Positions 1 through 10,800 of a stretch of 64,000 nucleotides of DNA are shown one piece after another. Below the pieces are notes generated by a model. It searched no databases and was not told the origin of the DNA. It saw only the letters and a list, made by a program, of their open reading frames with translations. The position numbers were made by a program, and so were the translations under genes. The DNA is from Gracilinanus agilis. Its lineage: Eukaryota. How positions within the stretch are numbered: the first letter of the stretch is position 1; every line of letters starts with the position of its first letter. The stretch covers positions 276,142,426 through 276,206,425 of the forward strand of contig NC_058135.1 in assembly GCF_016433145.1 (NCBI RefSeq), in the 5' to 3' direction.

Positions 1-1190
1 TCATTAATTCCTTTGATATATTCTTGATATTTTTCATATTAATTTTATTATTTTTTCTGGTTCTAAGAAAAATTATAGAGTAGTTCATTATGGCATTGAA
101 TAGGTAAACTTTAGGTAGGATTATCATTTAGAATTTTCAGTCTGTCCATGAGTAATTATTTTTTTTTCCAGTTGTTCAGGTCTGACTTTATTTGTGTGAA
201 ATTTTTTTTTTTAATTTTGTTCATATAGTTGCTGGGTTTATTTTGTTAAAATATACTCCTAGGTTGGTGATGGCAAACCTACGACATGTGTGTCAGCACT
301 GACACATGTAGCCATTTTTGATGACATGTGGCTGCATACAGAGAAGTATGCAGCCACATGCCAAGGATGAAACATTTGCTGTAGTGTAGTGTAGACACTC
401 TGTGCACTATAGATGAAAATTCTACCAGTGTTAATTTACCAATTTTGGTTTATATATTACAGTTATATATTATACATGTATAGTTATACAGTTATACATG
501 ATATATACATATATAAATACAGTTATATGTTATAATTATATATTTTTGTTATATAAACTATAAATATCGCAAAATTATGTTTTTTTCTTGAAGTGATACA
601 CCACTAGAGTTATGCTCATTTTTTTGGTGAATTTGAACACACCAAGATCAAAAGGTTGCACATTACTGTCCTAGATAGTATATATTTTCTACATTTATTT
701 TTAATGGAAATTTTTCCTATTTCCTGATCATGAACTTTGTTGGTGGTAAATAGGAATGCTAATGATTTATATGGTTATATTTTGTAAATAGATGCAAATT
801 TGATGTTAATTGTTTCTTTGTTAATTCTTTGGAGTTTATATAAATATATATCTTTATGTCATCTGCAAAGTAAGATAGTTTTATTTCTTCATTGCTGATT
901 CTTATTCCTTCAATTTATTTTTCTGCTCTTATTGCTATAGTTAGCATTTCTAGTACATTATTAGATAGTAGTTGTGATAATGGTCATTCTTGCTTCAACC
1001 CAATCTTATTGGGAAAGATTCTCATTTTTCTCCATTACAGATAATAACTGCTTATGATTTTTGATAGCTGTCCTTTAATTTATCACTTCAAGGAAAGCTC
1101 CTTTTATTTCAGTGTTTTCTAATTTTTATAAGGAATGGGTATTATATTTTAAATGCTTTTTCTGCATCTCTAAAGGAAATAAAAAGTTTT
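1..1190 (-). mobile_element. L1 ORF2 fragment (RT region), interrupted by a hAT MITE
   Basis: Reverse complement near 855-890 reads EEIKLSYFADD (L1 RT FADD motif); L1-like composition throughout. Confidence 0.8.
265..668. mobile_element. Non-autonomous hAT (Charlie-type) MITE
   Basis: Decayed 16-bp TIRs tggtgatggcaaacct / aggttgcacattactg (CAGTGATGGCGAACCT type); 8-bp TSD tcctaggt (257-264) / tcctagat (669-676); perfect internal 15-bp hairpin at 325-360. Confidence 0.85.
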
Positions 1191-4100
1191 CTATTAGTTT
1201 TGTAGATAGCTTTTGATATTTACATCATTACAGTGTTCATCCATCCATTCAGCATTTTTTAATACTTTCTGCAATTGAGTTTCTGTGATGTAGACAACTT
1301 AGGTGCAAAAATGTGTTGAAATCTATTTATCATCTCTGGATGATCTTATACGGACAGTTTAGTTGATAAAGAAATGGGACACTGGAGAAAATCTTTGTTA
1401 ACTCAGAGCTGCTTCTCCAAAGTGCCACTGAGTCACAAGTTTATTATATATGAAAATTCAAACTCCCTTTCACCCACAAGCACAGAGAAAGATTTATGGC
1501 TGCACAGAAATGCCATTACAACTTAGGCAATACAAAGAGGCTTCAAAGGCGTCAGGATGAAGATAAGAACCAGGTTGGACTTTCAGCTACCTGATTATCA
1601 GCAAGCTAAGTCTGCTCAGGGGTGAAATGTCCCTGCTAAACTAAGGTTTCAGCCTTGGCTTGCCAAGGAACTGCATTTCTGACCAAAGGGGAAGATTGTT
1701 AACCTCTTGACTACTGGTTTGCTAAGAGCTTAAAGTTTTCCAATAAGACCACAATATTTTTCAATAAGAAAAGGTGTGGATCACAAAAGGGGTCAGAAGA
1801 GGAGTCTCAGATTTTTTATCTATTTAATACTCTGATTCTCTTATTGTCCTCCCACAAAAATGAATAAAATATACTTTCTGTCCCCTGGAAATTTTAAAAT
1901 TAATGTAATCTAGCCATAAGTAAGTCTTTTCAGTGATCATTCAAAAAAAATTCAATGAGTGTTTTTTTAAGTTCAAGGCCATTGATTGCCAAAGTATTAC
2001 AGGAAGAAGAATAAGACATAAGTATTTGTCTCTTGGAGTTTAAAGTCAGTAAATTATATCATAATTGGAAGGATAATTTATTACTTGCACAACTGTACAC
2101 AGAGTCACAAAACAAGACAAAATTTAAACCTGTTAAAAATAACTTATTTTATGCATCTGAAAATCTATTACATGGCAAAAGGATTGGCTTTATGTTGCCT
2201 GAGCCCAGATGGCAGAACTAGGAGAAAAAAATGGGATTTGCAAAGGCATAGCTCTAGGTTTTGTGGGGGGAAGTCCTTTGCCAATTTTAAGTTATTTGTT
2301 TTATTTTTCTAGATTACTTGCTAATACAGTTTTGAATAATAATTTTCTGACATTTTGTGACCTATGTTTTATCTCTTCTTTCCAATGTTCCCCTCTCAAA
2401 GACAGCAAGTAATATTATATAGGTGGTATATCTGTTATCATGCAATTTGTATTTTCATATTTGTCATATTCTGAAAAAGACACATATTGCTTATACTAGA
2501 GAAAAACTTATGTAGGGGAAAAATTGAATGGTATGCTTCAATCTAGTTTTAGACTCAGATCATTCTATAGTGATGGATAGTCTTTTTCATTATGAGTCCT
2601 TTGGAGTTGCACTGGATTCTTGTGCTGCTCGTAGTCATTAAGTCATTCACAATTCATAGCCTTTTATTGCTATTACTATGTACAATATTTTGGTTCTGCT
2701 TTTTTTTACTTTACATCACTACATGTAAATCTTTCCAGGACTTTTTTGTGCTCACGTTGTTTATTATTTCTTATGGCACAATAATATTCCATCACAATCA
2801 TACATAATTTTTTATCATTTTGAGCTATGAAAACTTGAAATGGATCACCTAAGGAGGTAGGACTTCTCTCCCCCTGCAAAGTTTTCAAGCAAATCTGTGT
2901 ACCTACTTCTTGAGCATGTTAGATATATTTCAAACTTTCAAAAATTTTAAGTGATAGTTATTATTTTCAGATAATGATAAAAATTAGAGTTATATTTTAA
3001 GAATATTTAAAAGGATTTCAGAGATTATGGAGCAAAATATTTAAGAAAATTATTCTTGCTATCTAGGCAATAAATAATGAAGTCTAGAACTATCATGATA
3101 AAAGTTGGCTTCAGTTTTATTTTGTGAAATATTATTTTCCCTCACCCTAAATGATCTGAGTATTGCAACCTCTGTATCCAGGTATTACAAAGGATATTTC
3201 CTCTCATCGTTTTTTGACAAATGCTAATGGCCTTCCTGAGAGAAGACGGCTAAATAAACAGGATAAACATATGCAGATCAGCAAGACATGGAGCAAATCA
3301 AATCTTTATCATTTTCCAATATCATTTTAATGAAGATTTAATTGCTTTAGCAAGGAAACTTCATTCAAAAGGAGTTTGGTCATCCTTTTGAAGTCCATAC
3401 CTTATCCAGAATATTTACTTATTATTATTAAGGGAGTTCATTCTTGGATTTAGCTCATCCTGTTTAAAATTATAAAATAATTCATAAGAAAATAAACCAC
3501 CAATTCAAATGTCTCAGTTGTTGTCCAATGTAAAAAACAATTTGGTTCTTCAAATGGAATTCTATAAAAGTTGTAGCTCCAAATACTACTTTTTTTTCCT
3601 TTCTGGTTATGTTATCTTTGGGCAAATATTTCCACTTCTTTGGCACCAGAAAATTCTCTAATATTTACTTAGTACATATTATATATTTACTTATATACTT
3701 ATATACTTGTTGCTGGAAATTGTTTACATAAAAAAAGTTCCTGATGTTGAAAAAAATAATAAATTATATGTGAGTATCAAGTGAAAAGATGAATTTTATG
3801 TAAGGGATCTAAGGTTTCTTTCAGGTTTATTAATCATCCCTCTTTTACTGAATTCCTAACTTGACCTCTTTTCATGTATAAGGTCTGGCTTTATAAAAAT
3901 AGGATGAGATATATTGTATTATTTAGAATATAATATATAAAATATAGAAATAGAAGAATACAGCAGAAAAAGTCTTAATTAAATTTGTTCACATGTGGAG
4001 GATGAAGTTGTGGACAACTGTAAATCTAACTTATTTTAAGTTATCTGGCCTAGTAATATATACAATTTATGTCCATGTTTATTATTAATATTCTAAATAC

Positions 4101-4282
4101 ATTATAATTTTATTTTGTAAATAATATTAATTTTACTTCATGGATAAAGTGAGAATTTCACTTTGAATAATTTTGTTTTAACATAACATTTTGACTATTT
4201 GAATATATATATATATAATATATACATACATATATATAAGCTTATGTATATATGTATGTATATATATTTGTTGTTATTGTTG

Positions 4283-4476
4283 AAACCCTTACCTTCTCTC
4301 TTGGAGTCAATACTGTGTATTGGCTCTAAGGCAGAAGAGTGGTAAGGGCTAGGCAATGAGGGTTAAGTGACATGCCCAGGGTCACACAACTAGGATGTAT
4401 CTGAGGCCAGATTTGACTCCAGGACCTCCTATCTCTAGACCTGGCTCTTAATCCACTGAGCCATCCAGCTGCCACC
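4283..4476 (-). mobile_element. tRNA-derived didelphid SINE (SINE1_MD-type)
   Basis: Antisense of ggcagctggatggctcagtggat...cccttaccactcttctgcc; same family as the copies below. Confidence 0.85.
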
Positions 4477-5599
4477 AAATATATTTCACTAACATAATTT
4501 AGGGGCATTATTTTTATCTTTCAACTAGAAATGTGTGTATAGGATACATATATGTATTGATTCATCTGTATATGTTACATATATGCATACATACACATAT
4601 AAAGAAATATATATGCAAATCCTTACAAAGATTATTCCTAACTAGAAATACTCATGTGTATTTGTACATGCATATAAACTATATTCATTGTTTATGTCTC
4701 AGTACAGATTTGAACTCCAGACTCCCAATATCCATATACTATGTTCATTGTGTGTATATTGTCATGGAGTTAGTGGTTATAATTTTCATCATATATTCAT
4801 AAACTATGGTCTGTATGAATATGGCAAAATAATCCTTTATCTCTTCTTATACCCAAAGCTAACTCTAAAAGATAGTGAAGAGACAAATCACTTATAACTT
4901 TCACTTGGACAAAACCAAAAAGTCAATCATATTGAGAAAGCACTTCCATGTTTCTATAGGATTTTAAGCATGTAACTGTTCCACAAGTTTAAAAAATACA
5001 GATTTTTTTAAAAATGGTCCTCGTAATAGCTCTATTAAATGAGCAATGATTCTGTCATCATTACATTTTGAAGGTGAGAAAAATTGAGATGCACAGAAGT
5101 AAGTGGAATTCTTTATGGTCCCAAAGCTGAATAATGCCAAAAGAGTGAGTTTAACTTTAACGAATTCTTGCTAAACCATAATTCAGTACACTAAAATTGC
5201 CCCCAAAACACATTTTTACTAGATTTAAACACAACTTGAATTTTAACACACAATTTTATAGAAAAAAAACACTTCTTGTTGAATTTCTTATGAAACAACT
5301 TTTTTTAACATTTTTGACACTTTGACCAATGCATTTGTGTTATAGACGTTTTACCTTCCTCTCTTAAAATAAGGCTTAAGATTTTAGTTTCCTAGAATAT
5401 ATTATTTGCTGAAATATTGACATAAAGGTTTAAAACTCTATTGAGAAAAAAACACCATCATATTTTAGAAGAATGTTCATATAAGAGAAACTTTTTTTTG
5501 AATTCTGAAGCCTGGGTCAAGTGTGACAGTTCAAACTTCCATGTTGGTCAATTACGTTTATGGCTTACTCTAACATTCTATTTAATTATTTTTAAATGA

Positions 5600-5789
5600 T
5601 TGCTTTCTATCTTAGAGTCAATACTATATATTGGTTCTAAGACAGAAGAGTGGTAAGGCCTAGATGGGGGGAGGGGGTAAGTAACTTGTCCAGGGTCACA
5701 TAGCTAGGAAGCATCCCAGGCCATATTCAAACTCAGGATTTCCAATCTCCAAGCCTGGCTCTCAATTCATTGAACTACCTAGCTGCCTC
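5600..5789 (-). mobile_element. Didelphid SINE, older copy
   Basis: cagaagagtggtaagg...cagggtcacatagctagg...aactacctagctgcc. Confidence 0.75.
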
Positions 5790-5942
5790 TCTACTTAGTT
5801 ATTGTTATTTTTCATAGAGAATAGCCATTATAGCAATTTCTCTTAAAAATAAAATAGAAACAGTATATAAAGTATAGTTTCACTCAACTAAGATTTAAAG
5901 CAGTAAATTCCCATGGGAGAATCTAACTATATTTCTCTAAAG

Positions 5943-6134
5943 CAGGGATCAGCAATATATGGATCTCGAGCCATATCTGGCTCCACCTCCAGCCCTGCCA
6001 GTCCGGGCAGAGCCCCAGGATGTGCCCCACGGGAGCCTTCAGCCCTCCCCCCATATTCCAGCGCCTTCCACCTCCATCCTCTTCCTTCCACATGCATTTA
6101 TGGCTCTCATGGCCAAAAAGGTTGCCGACCCCTA
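5943..6134. mobile_element. Non-autonomous hAT MITE with GC-rich core
   Basis: TIRs cagggatcagcaa / ttgccgaccccta; 8-bp TSD ctctaaag (5935-5942) / ctctaaaa (6135-6142). Ends match the MITE at 8821 in opposite orientation. Confidence 0.85.
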
Positions 6135-6214
6135 CTCTAAAAGTTCTCTACCATTGCACATATATCTTCTCATCTCTCTTACATTTATATTCTGGCTTCC
6201 TTCAAGACTGAACT

Positions 6215-6368
6215 TTCTATTTATTTCTATTAATTTCTATGAATAAAGCTTTATTTATTTCTATCAATTTCCATCAATTTCTTTAATTTCTATAAATAAT
6301 TTCTATGAATTAAGCTTTAATTTCTATAAATTTCCATAATTTCTATGAATTTCTATAAATAAAGCTTT
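6215..6368. repeat. Degenerate AT-rich minisatellite (aatttctat units)
   Basis: Repeated aatttctat / aatttccat / ataaagcttt. Confidence 0.7.
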
Positions 6369-6862
6369 CAAAATAATTATTAGTAAATAAAAGTGCATAT
6401 TAAGTTGAGAAAAAACTGAGAGAATGAGGGATCTTCCTCTAGAAGACTCTCAAAAATCAACATTTCAAAAGATTTATAGCTCAGTGGAGTGGGTACTCCC
6501 ATCATCTAGCTAAAAATAGTCCTTGGGGTCAAGAGCAGATTTTAATACTGTCTTTGTAAATATCATAAACTCAGTTCCTCACACATAGTAAGCACTTAAA
6601 CAATACTTATTATTTTATATAAAACAAGAACATTTATAAATAGGAACTGGGTAAGACAGCCATATCTTTATTAGTCTTCTATAAAGAGTTTCTCCAACAT
6701 CCTGAATATTTCTGAGTAATTCAATATACTAAGATTAGAATGACTTTTATAGCATTTTAACATTTATATGACTATTCCTCCTAAAATAGGCTTATAAAAG
6801 AGGCATAAATTTTTATTGTCCTTTTTTTTACACATGAAAATATGTAAGTTCATCACACAGTA

Positions 6863-7010
6863 CAGTAGTGCCTCTGTATCCACAGGGGTTATGTTCCAAG
6901 AAGTATTATATAATGGTAAAACTACAGATATTAGTAAACATGGGGTCAGCAAATGTTTGCTAATATCTACAGTATTAACAGTAATAACAAAATACATAAT
7001 CATACAGTAC
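6863..7010. mobile_element. Tigger/pogo-like DNA transposon end
   Basis: TA followed by cagtagtgcctctgtatccacaggggttatgttccaag resembles recalled Tigger/MER7-type termini; the second TIR was not found. Confidence 0.4.
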
Positions 7011-7249
7011 TCTACTCTTTCTCTCTGTCTCTGTCTCTATGTCTCTGTCTCTCTCTCACAAGGTGTATAGAGGTTCAAGAAGGACTAGTGCCTTCTGTGA
7101 AAGGGATTACTGAGCCCTTTCTAGGCTGCTCACTCACATTTGTTGTCCATATGACACTAAAGTTTTATCTGTGACTCCAAGAAGTTGTAATATAAGCAGT
7201 GGCCACACCCTAGTAATACCATCTCAAAAGATAGATTAAAAAAGGTTGA

Positions 7250-7625
7250 GGGTAATTGATGGACTACAAATCTATCTATGAATTGTGTGTGGGGAGATGT
7301 CTATCATAAGCCTGTGAAGACTTTCCCTAGTGGAATGGACAGATGAGAGAAATTTGTTTCAAGGACCATCAAGACAGCTGAAGAAAGTGTTGTGAATAAC
7401 TCAGAGCTTAGAGCTTGTTTAGACATCAAAGACGCCAAGATCATCCACTGCTTCTTGGGCCATTTCCAATCATTCTGACTTTTGTCTTGCCACTAGACTT
7501 CAGTGGTGCTAGCAGAGACAATGGGACTGATGACTTTGTTCAATTCTGACTCAATTAATTAATTGCAATTAATGCAAAAGTCAGATCATCACTGTCATTG
7601 TTCCTCTTTGAAAATGAAGGAAAAA
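7250..7625 (-). mobile_element. Marsupial RTE-related interspersed repeat
   Basis: gccaagatcatccactgc...ctgacttttgtcttgccactagac matches a recalled marsupial RTE-type repeat; opposite-strand copy at 20040-20600. Confidence 0.6.
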
Positions 7626-7632
7626 GAAAATC

Positions 7633-7644
7633 TGTGTGTGTGTN

Positions 7645-7687
<43 letters not shown>
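7633..7687. repeat. (TG)n microsatellite
   Basis: Direct; one N at 7644. Confidence 0.98.
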
Positions 7688-7688
<1 letters not shown>

Positions 7689-8820
7689 TCCCCTTCTATT
7701 TCTCAGAAGGAATCTCAGAGGGAGATGAGTCATACATTGGGCTGGCAGACTTACAGTTTTATAGGCTATATTTTTTGATGGGTGGTTTGAAACCTTTAAT
7801 TTTAGGAAATTTTCCGAATTTTCCATTTTATTTTTTTTTTCTGTTGTTAACTGTGGACAACTAAATTAGCACATACTATGTCAGCAAATTTGGTGACTCA
7901 ACTAAATGTAGGATTTTTGAAGATTCAAATCAAATCCTGCCTCAGAGCCAATTAATAGTTATATAACACTGGGAAAGTTAATTGAAATCTCTAGGAAACA
8001 TTTTTATAATTTATAAAATGAAGGATTTGGGATTAATCGCTTCTGAGATGCCTCCTAGTTCTTATTAAAAGTTCCTATTTTTCTATTTGTGCAATCGTAG
8101 CTAATAAGTACAAAAGCAAGGACTTGAACATAGCTCTTCTGAATCCATTACTAATGTTCTTACAATTTCATAAATAAGTAGCCTTTGTGTAGTGACTGGA
8201 GCTTTACAACATTTTCATCTCACAAAATCTCTGTGAAAATGTAAAGGCCAAGGAAACATCAGGGAATATTATTCTCTTGAGAATAATGTAAGAGTACCAC
8301 CAGCAAGTTTGGCAAGGACAATTCCTTTAAAGTAAAGGGCTAACACAAATTAGATAATTGAAGCCAATTCAACAAATCATTTATTAAGCACCTACTGTAT
8401 ACTAGACATGTTGACACATGCATCTCATCAGAAGACGGTAAATTTCTTAAGAGGAGGGATATTTTTATGGTTCTTTCTGATTTCTCAGTGTTTTTTAATC
8501 TAACATAGCAGGAACTTAATAGATATGTATTGATTTATTATTATTATTTTTGGTATGTAGGCTAGAGTGGAAAAAAATCATTGAATTTGGAGTCACAAGA
8601 CCTGATGATCAAATCCCTTTACTACATATGATACATAGGTGAAGTCATTTAACCCCTCTAGGCTTTCTGTTGTCTCATATTTAAATTGGGAGTGTTGGAG
8701 GGAAGAAAGTAGAATGTACAAAATGGTCCCTGATAGCATTTCCAACTCTGGATCCAAGATCTCCTAATGGTGGTCAGAAAAGGAGTCAAATGCAAAAAGG
8801 TTTGCCTCTAACACCTAGAC

Positions 8821-8988
8821 CAGGGGTTGGCAACCTTTTTGGCCATGAGAGCCATGAATGCCACATTTTTAAATATGTAATGTTGTGAGAGCCGTACAGT
8901 GCTCACAGTGAGCACTCCTGTAACAGCACCTGAAAAAAAAATTGACTTTCTGGCTCCTGCAGAAAGAGCCATATATTGCCAACCCCTG
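8821..8988. mobile_element. Non-autonomous hAT MITE
   Basis: Perfect 13-bp TIR caggggttggcaa / ttgccaacccctg; TSD acctagac / gtctagac (Charlie-type NTCTAGAN target). Confidence 0.88.
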
Positions 8989-9552
8989 GTCTAGACCTTT
9001 CCCTAAAAAGGACCATTGTCTACCATAGATCTCAGTGAGAATAAATAAAATATGTTGCTATGGGAATTTTTCATGGTGATATCAACAAATGGGTATAAAT
9101 GTAAATTTAGGGAATAAGAAAAACAAAAAAAGGACCTACAGAACAAAGAGAAGATAAGAAAAGGGTACATATGGAAGGTATATTCAATACATAGAAACTG
9201 AGTCAAAAGTGAGTAATGTATACCAAAATTTTGATACTGATTTTCTCAACAATGTTTTATTTGAGTCCCAGAATTTCCTCAAACTTAAGTAATTTTGATT
9301 AAATACTTGTGTGTACTCCACTAGAATTGGAGAAAAGGGAACTACTATGGAATACTGTATGTCAGTTGACAGCCCTGATACGGCCCCTGGTCACTTTTTA
9401 TTGGTTGGCAGTAGTTAATTGGGAACCTACAGTCTCACAAAAATATGGGAAAAGTTATGCATATTATACCTTATTTCTGCATAGAGTTGTGTTTAACAAC
9501 ATTTTTTTTTCATGTGAATGAAATAAATCATCTAGATCCTATGAAATAAAGT

Positions 9553-9628
9553 TAATTGCTTATCATCAGCCCTAGGGTTAGAGTTGCTCCAGGGAACATG
9601 TCCCATATGCCAGAGAACAAGATATAAA
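9553..9628 (+). promoter_or_regulatory. Predicted promoter of the OR5AS1-like gene
   Basis: Homeodomain site TAATTG (9553-9558), EBF/O-E core CCCTAGGG (9570-9577), shared motif CCAGGGAACATGTCCC (9589-9604), TATAAA (9623-9628). Confidence 0.6.
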
Positions 9629-10237
9629 TATTCCTCTTACTTCACTCAAGTTGTTTTTAATATCAAGAAGAGAAATGTGTGTACACTGCACATGTAAGTT
9701 CTGCAAATTATATTTTGAAGCTTTCTAAAACTGATGTGCATTTTCACCAAAATTATGAAAAGAACTCTTTTAAGACAAAATTGTGATCTTGGTAAGGAAC
9801 TAGGCATCAAATACAAAAATGGTTCTACTGTCCCACCACTGAAATTATTTATGCTTTATATTCTTTTTTAATAATGATGATTGTTTTGGCCTGATCTTAC
9901 TGCAATAGTATCAAAGGCACTTGTGAGGCAGCTGGTCAGGTAAGGTAAGTATTAAATCTGTGGACAAGGGAAAGGTTAAAACTGATGATTCTTCATAGGC
10001 AAGAATGACTATCTTTGGTACTTATTTTATTTTGTTTTTTTGGCAAGTCTTAAGTGTGAGATCTTAAAAATGTGATACCATATTTTAGCTTGGGAGACTC
10101 GAGCCTTATCATCTTGATCCTATGTAGTTTCTCAAATATTACAAATTTCCATACAACTATAATTGGAATGGTCTTTCTAACTTAATTTATAGATATCAGC
10201 CTTTTAGGTAATATGTTTTCTGCATGTCCAAACTGCA

Positions 10238-10294
10238 GGAGGGGGAGGAGGGGGAGGAAGGGGAGGGGGGAGGAGGAGGAAGAGGAGGAGGAGG
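10238..10294. repeat. (GGA)-rich polypurine tract
   Basis: Direct. Confidence 0.9.
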
Positions 10295-10670
10295 TTCAGG
10301 AAGGAGTTGGTTCAGGAAGGGTTATTCTTGTATGAGTTGGTAGCAGTTTGTAACATCTTCCAAGGAGAAAGACTAGAGTCATGAGGCTTCATAAATCAAC
10401 CAGTAGCACCAATACCCTAATTTCATGTGCTGTGCTGGACACACAATACATGTAACATCCATGATATATGTATATGTTATATGTGTTATGTGTATTTTCT
10501 GTATGAAAAATGTGTGTATATACACTAATGTGTATATGCACACATATGTATGATCATACATGATTTCTCCAGTTCCTTTTCACTCTTAACTTTCTATTAT
10601 TGAAGGATCCTTCCAGTTCCAATGTTCATTCTATGTCCTTAACATTCTATATCAAAGGATATTTTAATTT

Positions 10671-10800
10671 NNNNNNNNNNNNNNNNNNNNNNNNNNNNNN
10701 NNNNNNNNNNNNNNNNNNNNNNNNNNNNNNNNNNNNNNNNNNNNNNNNNNNNNNNNNNNNNNNNNNNNNNNNNNNNNNNNNNNNNNNNNNNNNNNNNNNN
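10671..10800. other. Assembly gap (130 N)
   Basis: Direct. Confidence 1.

Noticed and set aside
1618-1633. Near-match to the promoter cassette (AGGGGTGAAATGTCCC)
   Set aside because: Wrong spacing and no downstream TATAAA. A half-match at 8260-8269 (CAGGGAATAT) also lacks the second half.
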